A stretch of DNA of 24,000 bases from Heliomicrobium undosum (GTDB lineage Bacteria > Bacillota > Desulfitobacteriia > Heliobacteriales > Heliobacteriaceae), in NCBI RefSeq assembly GCF_009877425.1, contig NZ_WXEY01000002.1, positions 52,960-76,959 on the forward strand, written 5' to 3'. The notes under the pieces are model-generated. The model saw nothing but the letters and a program-made list of their open reading frames with translations, did not search any database and was not told the origin of the DNA. Positions 1-7,666 of this stretch are shown in pieces (position 1 is the stretch's first letter; every line of letters starts with the position of its first letter). The translations under genes were made by a program, and so were the position numbers.

Positions 1-483
<483 letters not shown>

Positions 484-508
484 ACTACAGCCTCTAGGAG
501 CGTGTCTC

Positions 509-961
509 ATGGGCAATTACCACTTGGCTGGCACGGAATACGTCACCTCCGACCCCCGGGAAACCATCCTGGGGGTCGCCCTCGCTTCCCTGATCGGCCA
601 GCAGGGGATCCTCAGCCTGAAGACAGGCCAACATACCGCGATCTGGCGGAGCGCTTGCGCCATTGACGGCGTCATTCGGCGGGAAGAACGGATCGAAGAA
701 GGCCACTTGACTGTGGAGCAAGTGGCCTTCCAATTGATTCCCCGGACCTTTACGGAAGAACCGGGGCTGAAAAGCGATGTGAAAGCGGAACCCGAAGCCG
801 AAAGGGATGCAGAAGTAATAAAGGATGCTGAAGGGAAACCGCAGCGTAATCCGAATTGGGAAGTCACCCTGCCCGTCGATCAGTTTGTCGAGGTGGAGGT
901 CTTCCCCCGGGAGACGAACCTGCATTTTCAAGGCTACACCTGGTCATGGAGGCCTCGATGA
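509..961 (+). CDS. Hypothetical protein (150 aa), no family recognised
   Basis: ATG at 509 lies 9 nt after AGGAG (495-499). Third codon positions are GC-rich like the neighbouring genes. The stop TGA (959-961) overlaps the ATG (958-960) of the next gene as ATGA, which suggests translational coupling. No recognisable motifs. Confidence 0.5.
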   Translation: MGNYHLAGTEYVTSDPRETILGVALASLIGQQGILSLKTGQHTAIWRSACAIDGVIRREERIEEGHLTVEQVAFQLIPRTFTEEPGLKSDVKAEPEAERDAEVIKDAEGKPQRNPNWEVTLPVDQFVEVEVFPRETNLHFQGYTWSWRPR

Positions 962-1773
962 GCCCTATCCGGCTGGTGGCCATGGACCTGGACGGCACAC
1001 TCCTTGACGAGAAGCGACGCATACCCGAACCGGTTACCCGGCGGATCGCCGAGCTTCGGAGCAAGGGCGTCATCTTTACCGTGGCGACGGGACGGATCTA
1101 CCCTTCGGCGTTGCCCTATGCCAAGCAACTGGAATTGCAGGCGCCGGTGATCACCTGCAACGGCGCCATGATCCGCCACCCCGCAGACGGCCTCATCATC
1201 TGCCACCGGACAGTGGAGGCGAAACAGGCCCTAGCGGTGCTGCAATTTTTGAAAGAAAAAAACAGTGACGCCCTGCGCTATTCCTTTCACGGCGACGAGG
1301 TGTATACTGACACGCCGCATGAGTACACAACCAGCTATGAGCGTGGACTTGGCCTTTCTTTCACTTTTGTCGATGACCTGACCGCGCACCTTGGCAAGGA
1401 GCCGGAACGCCATCCGACCATGTTTGTCCTGATGACGGATCCGGCGACCACACCGGCGTTGACGCAAGAAATCTTGGCGCACCTCAACGGCGCCGTCACC
1501 ATCACCAATTCCCACGACTACTTCATCGAAATCCTTCATCCTGAGGCGTCAAAAGGGGCGGCGCTGGCCCAACTGGCTGCGTCGTTCTCAATCGACCGGA
1601 GTGAAGTGCTTGCCATCGGCGACAACCAGAACGATCTGAGCATGATCCGTTGGGCCGGCCAGGGCGTTTTTGTGGCGAACGCGCCCAAGGCACTGCATCA
1701 CGAGGCCGATTATGTCACCTCCGCTCGCAACTCTATGGGCGTATTGGAGGCCTTGAACCGCTTTTTCCCCTAA
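958..1773 (+). CDS. Cof-type HAD-IIB family hydrolase (sugar-phosphatase-like)
   Basis: HAD motif I is present in IRLVAMDLDGTLLD, and motif IV in AIGDNQNDLSMIRWAG..VANA, with the cap region between them. Start is taken at ATG 958 (ATGA overlap with the upstream ORF); ATG 946 is an alternative. The 856 start in the ORF track is unlikely. Confidence 0.85.
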   Translation: MSPIRLVAMDLDGTLLDEKRRIPEPVTRRIAELRSKGVIFTVATGRIYPSALPYAKQLELQAPVITCNGAMIRHPADGLIICHRTVEAKQALAVLQFLKEKNSDALRYSFHGDEVYTDTPHEYTTSYERGLGLSFTFVDDLTAHLGKEPERHPTMFVLMTDPATTPALTQEILAHLNGAVTITNSHDYFIEILHPEASKGAALAQLAASFSIDRSEVLAIGDNQNDLSMIRWAGQGVFVANAPKALHHEADYVTSARNSMGVLEALNRFFP

Positions 1774-1798
1774 GTTTTTTCGGTAATGGATGATCTAT

Positions 1799-1934
1799 TT
1801 TTGTTCGCGTGATTGTTTACGCGTAATGAACAAGTCGTATCAGCTATATATGGTTCTTTATGCGCCAATGTCCCTGTCGGTCCTTTGTGCCTTTGTTCGC
1901 CTTTTCTAAGAGGATTTGACAATCGATTTGTCGA
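1799..1934. promoter_or_regulatory. Iterated TTGTTCGC-like motifs upstream of the parM-like gene (candidate centromere-like or operator array)
   Basis: TTTGTTCGC occurs at 1799-1807 and again at 1892-1900. Related copies are TTGTTTACGCG (1813-1823), inverted TGAACAA (1827-1833) and TTTGTCG (1927-1933). The near-palindrome GACAATCGATTTGTC (1918-1932) contains AATCGATT and overlaps a TTGACA hexamer (1916-1921). AGGATTTGA is repeated at 1911-1919 and 1961-1969. Confidence 0.3.
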
Positions 1935-1975
1935 AAGAAACGCTAAAGTACATGTACCGGAGGATTTGAAGCGCA

Positions 1976-3085
1976 ATGAATATGCATGCGGCCCGAGTAC
2001 GACAGTTGCCGGGATTTGAACCGGGCGAGGGAAAGAATCTGACCGTAGGGCTCGACATCGGTTTCGGCTATGTCAAGGTCGTTGCCGGAAACGGCCGCTG
2101 GGCGCTTTTTCCCAGCATCGTCGGCGAAGGCCGGGAACTGCACATCCTGTCCGGCTTTGGCTCCAACGATCCCATGGACAACCTTGTCGTTGACGTGGAC
2201 GGACGGCGCTATTTTGTGGGCAATCTCGCCCTGCGCGAGACGGAAGCGGAACTCGACATCGACCCCGACAAGATCTTCAACATTGATTTTGAAGTGCTCG
2301 TCTACACGGCGTTGGCCCTGGTCAGTGACAAGCCTGATCAGGATGTAAACATCTACCTTGGTCTGCCGATCAACTTTTACCGTACCCAGAAAGCGCGCTT
2401 TGAGGACAAGCTCCGCGCCCACCAGATGTCCCGCTTCGTCAAAATCCTGGGACAGGACGTGCGGCTGATCCGCATCCGCAACTTCGAGATTTTCCCCCAG
2501 GCCGGGGGCGCCATCTTCAACCAAATCCTCGACTTCCGCTCCGAGGTCCGCACACCCCGGCTCGCCCGAGGCAAGATCGGCATCATCGACGGGGGAACGA
2601 AGACAACCGACTGCATCTACATGGAAGACCTGAAGTTCGTCGACCAGCGCAGCTATTCAGTCAATGATGGCGGCACCCACAAGATTCTTATGGATATTCG
2701 GGACTTTTTGATGAAAAACTTTGATCATTACTATCCCCGTCTCGCTGAAGTCGACCAGATGCTCCGGGAACGGAAGGTGGAGGTCAAAGGGAAGGTCTAT
2801 GATCTCTCCTCGGTGATCGACGCGTCGGCCTCCCGTGTGGCGAGAAAAATCGTCCGGGAGATCGCGGCGAAATGGCCGAACCACATGGAATTCCGGGCCA
2901 TGATCCTCGTCGGCGGCGGCGGCTATGTGATGCATCCCTTCCTAAAGGAGACCTTCCCCGATATCCTCCTCGTCCAGGACGAGTTTGAGGGTGAAGCGGT
3001 GGCTGGCGATTGGAACGTCATCCAGTTCGCCAATGCGCTCGGCTTCTTAAAACTGGCCGTCATGCGCTACGGAGAAAAGAAATGA
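1976..3085 (+). CDS. ParM/StbA-family actin-like ATPase (Alp-type bacterial actin)
   Basis: All the actin-fold nucleotide-binding motifs are present: phosphate-1 GLDIGFGYVKVV, connect GLPINFY, PQAGGA, phosphate-2 GIIDGGTKTTD, adenosine ILVGGGG, and C-terminal FANALGF. GGAGG sits at 1959-1963 upstream of ATG 1976 (ATG 1982 is an alternative start). Confidence 0.8.
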   Translation: MNMHAARVRQLPGFEPGEGKNLTVGLDIGFGYVKVVAGNGRWALFPSIVGEGRELHILSGFGSNDPMDNLVVDVDGRRYFVGNLALRETEAELDIDPDKIFNIDFEVLVYTALALVSDKPDQDVNIYLGLPINFYRTQKARFEDKLRAHQMSRFVKILGQDVRLIRIRNFEIFPQAGGAIFNQILDFRSEVRTPRLARGKIGIIDGGTKTTDCIYMEDLKFVDQRSYSVNDGGTHKILMDIRDFLMKNFDHYYPRLAEVDQMLRERKVEVKGKVYDLSSVIDASASRVARKIVREIAAKWPNHMEFRAMILVGGGGYVMHPFLKETFPDILLVQDEFEGEAVAGDWNVIQFANALGFLKLAVMRYGEKK

Positions 3086-3438
3086 GGCATTTCCGCATCG
3101 ACCTTCGATTGGAAGAAGGCAATCCCCGGGAGGCCCAACTCATCTGGTGGCTTGATCAGTTGAAGGACCCCGCTGCCGTCATCCGGCAGGTTCTGCTCGG
3201 CAACGGCGTTCCCCCTTGGGTCGCTCAGCCGTACCCGGCCATTTTCACGCCCCAGCCTGCGACCCCGTCCACCCTGCTGACCTCGTCGATAAAGGGGAGC
3301 CAGAATGGCGTGTTCGTGGAGAATGAGGAGGAGGACGCCGAGTCGCTACTCGTGGGGCTGTCCGAACTGGATGAGGCGAATGAAGAGGAACTGGATCCTG
3401 AAACAATAAAAAAGGGACTCCAAAACGTATTCAGTTAA
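3082..3438 (+). CDS. Small protein with a ribbon-helix-helix-like N-terminus and acidic C-terminal tail; candidate ParR-like adaptor
   Basis: ATG 3082 overlaps the parM-like stop TGA 3083-3085 (ATGA), with GGAG 7 nt upstream. The N-terminus MRHFRIDLRLEEGNPREAQLIWWLDQLKDPAAVIRQVLLGN has a strand-helix-helix pattern. A Pro-rich linker follows, then the acidic tail ENEEEDAESLLVGLSELDEANEEELDPE. The position downstream of the actin gene matches parM-parR order. Confidence 0.6.
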   Translation: MRHFRIDLRLEEGNPREAQLIWWLDQLKDPAAVIRQVLLGNGVPPWVAQPYPAIFTPQPATPSTLLTSSIKGSQNGVFVENEEEDAESLLVGLSELDEANEEELDPETIKKGLQNVFS

Positions 3439-3450
3439 AAAGGAGATACC

Positions 3451-5418
3451 ATGAGCATAGCACAGGAACCTAACGGCAAGGCAAGCGCCATTGCCAACGG
3501 CAATCCCAGCACGGCTGGCAACGGTCAAGGCAATGCCGGCGCTGGTGGCAAGGGGAGAGGCGGCGCGAATGCCCACGCTGACGGTAACGGCAAGGGGAAG
3601 GCCAGCGCCAAAGCCGTGCCGACTCCCATCGCCGTAGCGAACGGCGACGCCACGCCTGCCCCCGCAGTAGTTGCAAACGGCAACGCTAAGGCGCCCGTGA
3701 GCCGTCCGAAAAAGAACGGCTACCGTCCCCGCCGCGGCAAGACAAAACCGAAGCCCAAGTCGACCCTGCCGACAGTGAGCGTCATCCCCCTCGGCGGCGT
3801 TGGCGAAGTGGGCAAGAACATGCTCGTCATCGAGTATGGCGACGACATCATCGTCATTGACTCGGGCGTCAAGTTTCCCGGCGAAGAACTGCTGGGCATC
3901 GACCTGGTCATCCCCGATATCACCTATCTCGTCCAAAACGCGGACAAGGTGCGGGGGATCTTCCTCACCCATGGCCACGAAGACCACATCGGCGGTCTGC
4001 CCTTCACGCTTAAGCAAATCCAGGTGCCCGTCTACGGGACCCGGCTGACTCTGGGCCTCGTCAAAAACAAACTGACCGAACACGGCCTGATCCGCGACGC
4101 CAAGCTCCATGAGATCACCGCCGACGATGTGGTCAACGTGGGCGCGTTCCAGGTGGAGTTCTTCCGCGTCAACCACTCCATCCCTGACGGCATCGGCATC
4201 GCCGTCCGCACTCCGGCGGGGTTGATCGTCCACTCGGGCGACTTCAAGCTTGACCAGACGCCGGTCGACGATAAGGTCCTCGAATTCAGCAAACTTGCCC
4301 GTTACGGCGATGAGGGCGTCATGCTCTTCATCTGCGACTCCACCAATGTGGAGCGGCCGGGCTACACCCCGTCGGAACGGACCGTCGGCGACACCTTCCG
4401 CTCTGTCTTCGCCAAGACGGACAGCCGCATCATCATCGCCACCTTCGCCTCCAACGTTCACCGCATCCAGCAGGTGATCGACACGGCGGCCGAGTTCAAC
4501 CGCAAGGTGGCTGTCGTGGGCCGCAGCATGGTGACCGTAGTCGACGTGTCCCAGCAGCTTGGCTACCTGAACATCCCGAAAGGCATGCTGATTGAGGCCG
4601 AGGAGATCGACCGCCTCCCCGACAACCAGGTCACCATCATCACCACCGGCTCCCAGGGTGAGCCGATGGCGGCGCTGACCCGCATGGCCACCAACAACCA
4701 CCGCCAGGTGGCGATCCGCCAGGGCGACACGGTGATCATCTCGGCCACGCCGATCCCGGGCAACGAAAAACTCGTCTCCCGGACCATCGACAACCTCTTC
4801 CGCATCGGCGCCGACGTGGTCTACAAGGAAGTGGCCAATGTTCACGTCTCCGGCCACGCCGCCCAGCAGGAGATTAAGCTCATGCTCAACTTCCTGCGCC
4901 CCAAATACGTCATCCCCTTCCACGGCGAGTACCGGCACCAGGCCACCTTCGCCAAGCTGGGGCAGACGATGGGCATCCCTGACGAGCATATCCTGCGCGT
5001 TAACATCGGTGAACGCTACGAAATGAACGAGGAAATGGTCCAAATGACCGGCACTGTCGAGGCCGGCAGCGTCATGGTCGACGGTATCGGCGTCGGCGAC
5101 GTGGGCAATATCGTCCTGCGCGACCGTCACCACCTGGCCCAGGACGGCGTCGTCATCGCTGTCGTCACCATCGACAAGGAAAACGGCAACGTCCTTGCCG
5201 GACCGGACCTCGTCTCCCGCGGCTTCGTCTTCGTCCGCGAGGCCGGCGACATGCTCGGCGAAGCCAAGTCCCGCGTTAAGGATGCATTGACCGGCCGCAA
5301 CACGGGCACGACGGAGTGGTCGGTGCTGAAGAACCTGATCCGGGATACGCTGAATGAGTTCTTCTACCAGAAGACGAAGCGGCGGCCGATTGTGTTGCCG
5401 ATTATCATGGAAATTTAA
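3451..5418 (+). CDS. rnj: Ribonuclease J (beta-CASP metallo-beta-lactamase RNase) with a ~107-aa low-complexity N-terminal extension
   Basis: The conserved core starts at VSVIPLGGVGEVGKNMLVIEYGDDIIVIDSG. It carries the MBL motif HGHEDHIGG, beta-CASP blocks (GDFK.D, SGHA) and the C-terminal domain. AAAGGAGA lies 5 nt upstream of ATG 3451. Total length is 655 aa, versus about 555 aa for typical RNase J as I recall. Confidence 0.92.
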   Translation: MSIAQEPNGKASAIANGNPSTAGNGQGNAGAGGKGRGGANAHADGNGKGKASAKAVPTPIAVANGDATPAPAVVANGNAKAPVSRPKKNGYRPRRGKTKPKPKSTLPTVSVIPLGGVGEVGKNMLVIEYGDDIIVIDSGVKFPGEELLGIDLVIPDITYLVQNADKVRGIFLTHGHEDHIGGLPFTLKQIQVPVYGTRLTLGLVKNKLTEHGLIRDAKLHEITADDVVNVGAFQVEFFRVNHSIPDGIGIAVRTPAGLIVHSGDFKLDQTPVDDKVLEFSKLARYGDEGVMLFICDSTNVERPGYTPSERTVGDTFRSVFAKTDSRIIIATFASNVHRIQQVIDTAAEFNRKVAVVGRSMVTVVDVSQQLGYLNIPKGMLIEAEEIDRLPDNQVTIITTGSQGEPMAALTRMATNNHRQVAIRQGDTVIISATPIPGNEKLVSRTIDNLFRIGADVVYKEVANVHVSGHAAQQEIKLMLNFLRPKYVIPFHGEYRHQATFAKLGQTMGIPDEHILRVNIGERYEMNEEMVQMTGTVEAGSVMVDGIGVGDVGNIVLRDRHHLAQDGVVIAVVTIDKENGNVLAGPDLVSRGFVFVREAGDMLGEAKSRVKDALTGRNTGTTEWSVLKNLIRDTLNEFFYQKTKRRPIVLPIIMEI

Positions 5419-5431
5419 TTAGAGCGAAAAA

Positions 5432-5471
5432 GCCTTCGTTAGCTTGGATAAAGCAACGAGGGCGTTTTTTT
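5432..5471 (+). terminator. Rho-independent terminator of rnj
   Basis: Stem GCCTTCGTT (5432-5440) pairs with AACGAGGGC (5455-5463), including one G-U pair, and is followed by T7 (5465-5471). Confidence 0.75.
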
Positions 5472-5528
5472 GAGGATCACCCTATTAAGTGTATCGCTAA
5501 ATGCTATGGAGACAGACCTTACAATGCC

Positions 5529-5561
5529 TTTTTCGTCATAGAAAAAGCAATTCCTGTCCTG
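5529..5561 (+). repeat. Copy 1 of a 33-nt intergenic repeat (hairpin plus AAAAGCAATTCCTGTC core)
   Basis: TTTTTCGTCATAGAAAAAGCAATTCCTGTCCTG matches 10978-11010 at 27/33 positions, including an identical 16-mer. It contains the hairpin CTTTTTC-gtcata-GAAAAAG. Confidence 0.5.
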
Positions 5562-5569
5562 TTCACCTT

Positions 5570-5983
5570 TCATTTCACCTTCGAGATCGACAAATGAAGA
5601 CGATAGTTGCCGTAACGCAGAATGTCATCCAACAACCGGTCCAGGCTCTCTGTGTTCTCCAGGCAGGCTTTCAGCCAATAACAACCGTCGCCGCTGATAC
5701 GGTGGGATTCGACGATAGCTGCTTCCTGTGTGATGAAGTCCTGAAAGGCCTTATGGTGATTGGTCTTCATGGAAACGGTGATCATCGCCACAATCGGGAG
5801 GCCGATCTTCTCCTGGTTGACTTTGATGGTGAAGCCTTCGATCACGCCGATCTCTTCTAACCGGCGAATGCGGCTTGCCACCGCCTGACCGGTCATGTGG
5901 ACCAACTCGCCGATTTCTTTCCATTGCAAACGGCTGTTCTGTTCTAATAGTCGCAGGATTTCGCGATCCGTTTGATCCAGCAT
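5570..5983 (-). CDS. Lrp/AsnC-family transcriptional regulator
   Basis: MLDQTDREILRLLEQNSRLQWKEIGELVHMTGQAVASRIRRLEEIGVI is the AsnC-type HTH, followed by a C-terminal RAM/AsnC ligand-binding domain. Start is taken at ATG 5983 (GTG 5989 is an alternative). The 6034 start would add an atypical 17-aa extension. Confidence 0.85.
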   Translation of the reverse strand: MLDQTDREILRLLEQNSRLQWKEIGELVHMTGQAVASRIRRLEEIGVIEGFTIKVNQEKIGLPIVAMITVSMKTNHHKAFQDFITQEAAIVESHRISGDGCYWLKACLENTESLDRLLDDILRYGNYRLHLSISKVK

Positions 5984-6107
5984 GTCCACTCGAATCCTTT
6001 CAAGATGAAAAGAATAGGGGCAAAATCCTTCCATCGGACAATCGTCTTGTCATCGGCGCCGATCTAGAATGAGAGGAGAGATCCGAAAAACGATGGAGGG
6101 GTTTTGG

Positions 6108-6884
6108 GTGAAAATACGGCTGATCCGGCACGCCACCGTCTTACTCGATATCGGGGGCCAGAAGATACTGGTCGATCCCATGCTGAGCCCGGCGAGGGCC
6201 ATGGAACCTGTTGTTCATTCTCCGAATCGGCAACGGAATCCTCTTGTGGAGCTTCCCCTTTCAACAGAAGCACTGTTGGATGTCGATGCCGTGCTGCTGA
6301 CCCATACGCACCGGGATCACTTCGATGATGAAGCGGCGAAAAGACTGCCCAAGGACGTTCCGGTATTTTGCCAGCCGTCCGATGAAGGGAAGGTAAACGA
6401 TTTGGGCTTTGCTTCCGTCCATCGCGTTGACGATCGGTTGGATTGGGGCGAGATCACCTTAATCCGAACAGGTGGACAGCACGGAAGGGGGGAAATGGCA
6501 GAGAGGATGGGACCGGTATCGGGTTATGTGATCCAAGCGACGGGGGAACCGTCGCTCTACATCGCCGGTGACACGGTCTGGTGTCCCCCAGTCGAGGCTA
6601 CCCTGGATCAATATCGACCTGCGATCAGCATCCTCTATGGTGGCGCGGCACAGTTTCTCGAAGGCGGACCGATCACCATGGCCTGGGATGATGTTCTTCA
6701 GGTTTGCCGTAAAAACGCCGATATGAAGGTGGTCGTTATCCACCTGGAGGCCTTTAACCACTGTCTAGAAAGGCGAAGTGATCTAAAAAGAAAACGCGAT
6801 GAGCATGGTCTGTCTGAGCGTATATCGGTTCCTCTCGACGGTGAATTATTGATCTTCCCCAAAACGACTCCGGTTTCAGGATAA
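6108..6884 (+). CDS. MBL-fold metallo-hydrolase
   Basis: (V)KIRLIRHATVLLDIGGQKILVDPML and the metal-binding motif LLTHTHRDHFD. GTG 6108 lies 8 nt after GGAGG (6095-6099). ATG 6093 and ATG 6069 are alternative starts. Confidence 0.8.
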   Translation: MKIRLIRHATVLLDIGGQKILVDPMLSPARAMEPVVHSPNRQRNPLVELPLSTEALLDVDAVLLTHTHRDHFDDEAAKRLPKDVPVFCQPSDEGKVNDLGFASVHRVDDRLDWGEITLIRTGGQHGRGEMAERMGPVSGYVIQATGEPSLYIAGDTVWCPPVEATLDQYRPAISILYGGAAQFLEGGPITMAWDDVLQVCRKNADMKVVVIHLEAFNHCLERRSDLKRKRDEHGLSERISVPLDGELLIFPKTTPVSG

Positions 6885-6980
6885 GAAGTCCTGGCTAGGT
6901 TGTAAGGACAAACAGCAATAAAAAGCTACCGTCAAAAAAGAGAAGTGATTGTTGCAAATGCAGCCAATTTACCCTCACGA

Positions 6981-7036
6981 AAATCGCCCTCTGCCTCTTC
7001 AAACGATGAGATGAGGCGGAGGGCGATTTTGTTTTT
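6981..7036. terminator. Bidirectional rho-independent terminator between the MBL hydrolase (+) and thioesterase (-) genes
   Basis: 17-bp stem AAATCGCCCTCTGCCTC (6981-6997) pairs with GAGGCGGAGGGCGATTT (7013-7029) with one wobble. It is followed by TTTTGTTTTT on the + strand and flanked by an A-run, giving a U-run on the - strand. Confidence 0.7.
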
Positions 7037-7098
7037 GACGATTGTAGAATGATTGGCCCAAAAAAGCGTTACACCCGAAAGTAGATATGGGCGTCCAG

Positions 7099-7530
7099 TT
7101 AGGAAGATGCTGAAGAAAAGAATGCTCGGTTCACTTCTTCGAACAGGGTCGGCTTGCCATTCTGGACACAGACGCCGGTTGCCTTCGCCCGCAGCACCAG
7201 TTTTTCATCGGGAAGACGGTACAGGTCCTGAAGGAAGACAAGCCGCAACCGGCCTTCTCGGATAATGTTCATGCGGACGACGAAACGGTCTCGGCTGCGC
7301 AACGGCAGTTTGTAGTCCGCCTCGATCCGGATGAGAACCAGGTCTTTTCCTTTGGCATGGAGACCGGCAAAGTCAATCCCTTTGGCGTATAGAAACTCAT
7401 GCCGGGCATGTTCCAGGTAGTGCAGGTACACAGCGTTGTTGACGACCCCTTGCAGATCACACTCATAGTCACGCACCTGAAAGGCCACTTCGTACTGGTA
7501 GGCAGTGTCGGAAGTGATGTTTTTCATCAT
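7099..7530 (-). CDS. Acyl-CoA thioesterase, 4HBT/YbgC-like hot-dog fold
   Basis: MMKNITSDTAYQYEVAFQVRDYECDLQGVVNNAVYLHYLEHARHEFL fits the YbgC/FadM-type N-terminal catalytic block. GGGAG lies 8 nt upstream of ATG 7530; the upstream part of the tracked ORF (to 7596) has no support. Confidence 0.8.
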   Translation of the reverse strand: MMKNITSDTAYQYEVAFQVRDYECDLQGVVNNAVYLHYLEHARHEFLYAKGIDFAGLHAKGKDLVLIRIEADYKLPLRSRDRFVVRMNIIREGRLRLVFLQDLYRLPDEKLVLRAKATGVCVQNGKPTLFEEVNRAFFSSASS

Positions 7531-7666
7531 GATACCAACTCCCTGTTGCGAATTCTGGATAGATAGTAATGTAAACAATAGCGAAGTGGAAAGCAAGGGA
7601 GTTAATCAGCAGGGGGAGAAAAACGGTGTTATCGGTTGGTTAGGTGACGGAGTAGTTTCGTTTACC

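Noticed and set aside
494-931. Minus-strand ORFs 494-931 and 517-867 competing with the 509-961 plus-strand ORF
   Set aside because: The plus-strand ORF has an SD and an ATGA coupling to the next gene. The minus ORFs have neither and would be convergent with guaB with no spacing.
1943-2524. 193-aa minus-strand ORF; likewise 22015-22557 (180 aa), 19488-20009 (173 aa, plus strand) and 13169-13627 (152 aa)
   Set aside because: Each is antisense to a gene with clear family motifs (ParM-like, CorA, MCP, methyltransferase) and lacks an RBS or recognisable domains.
3460-3760. Periodic GGCAA(C/G)GG-rich DNA at the 5' end of rnj and the repetitive GAA/GCN tract in floT (about 7990-8600), considered as possible CRISPR or tandem-repeat loci
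   Set aside because: There is no repeat-spacer organisation. The periodicity is explained by low-complexity coding sequence (ANGN repeats; the Glu/Ala coiled-coil).
3346-5133. 595-aa ORF on the minus strand
   Set aside because: It lies entirely antisense to the well-supported RNase J gene. The translation is Asp/Gly/Ala/Val/His-rich junk typical of the stop-free antisense frame of GC3-rich genes, and it has no RBS.
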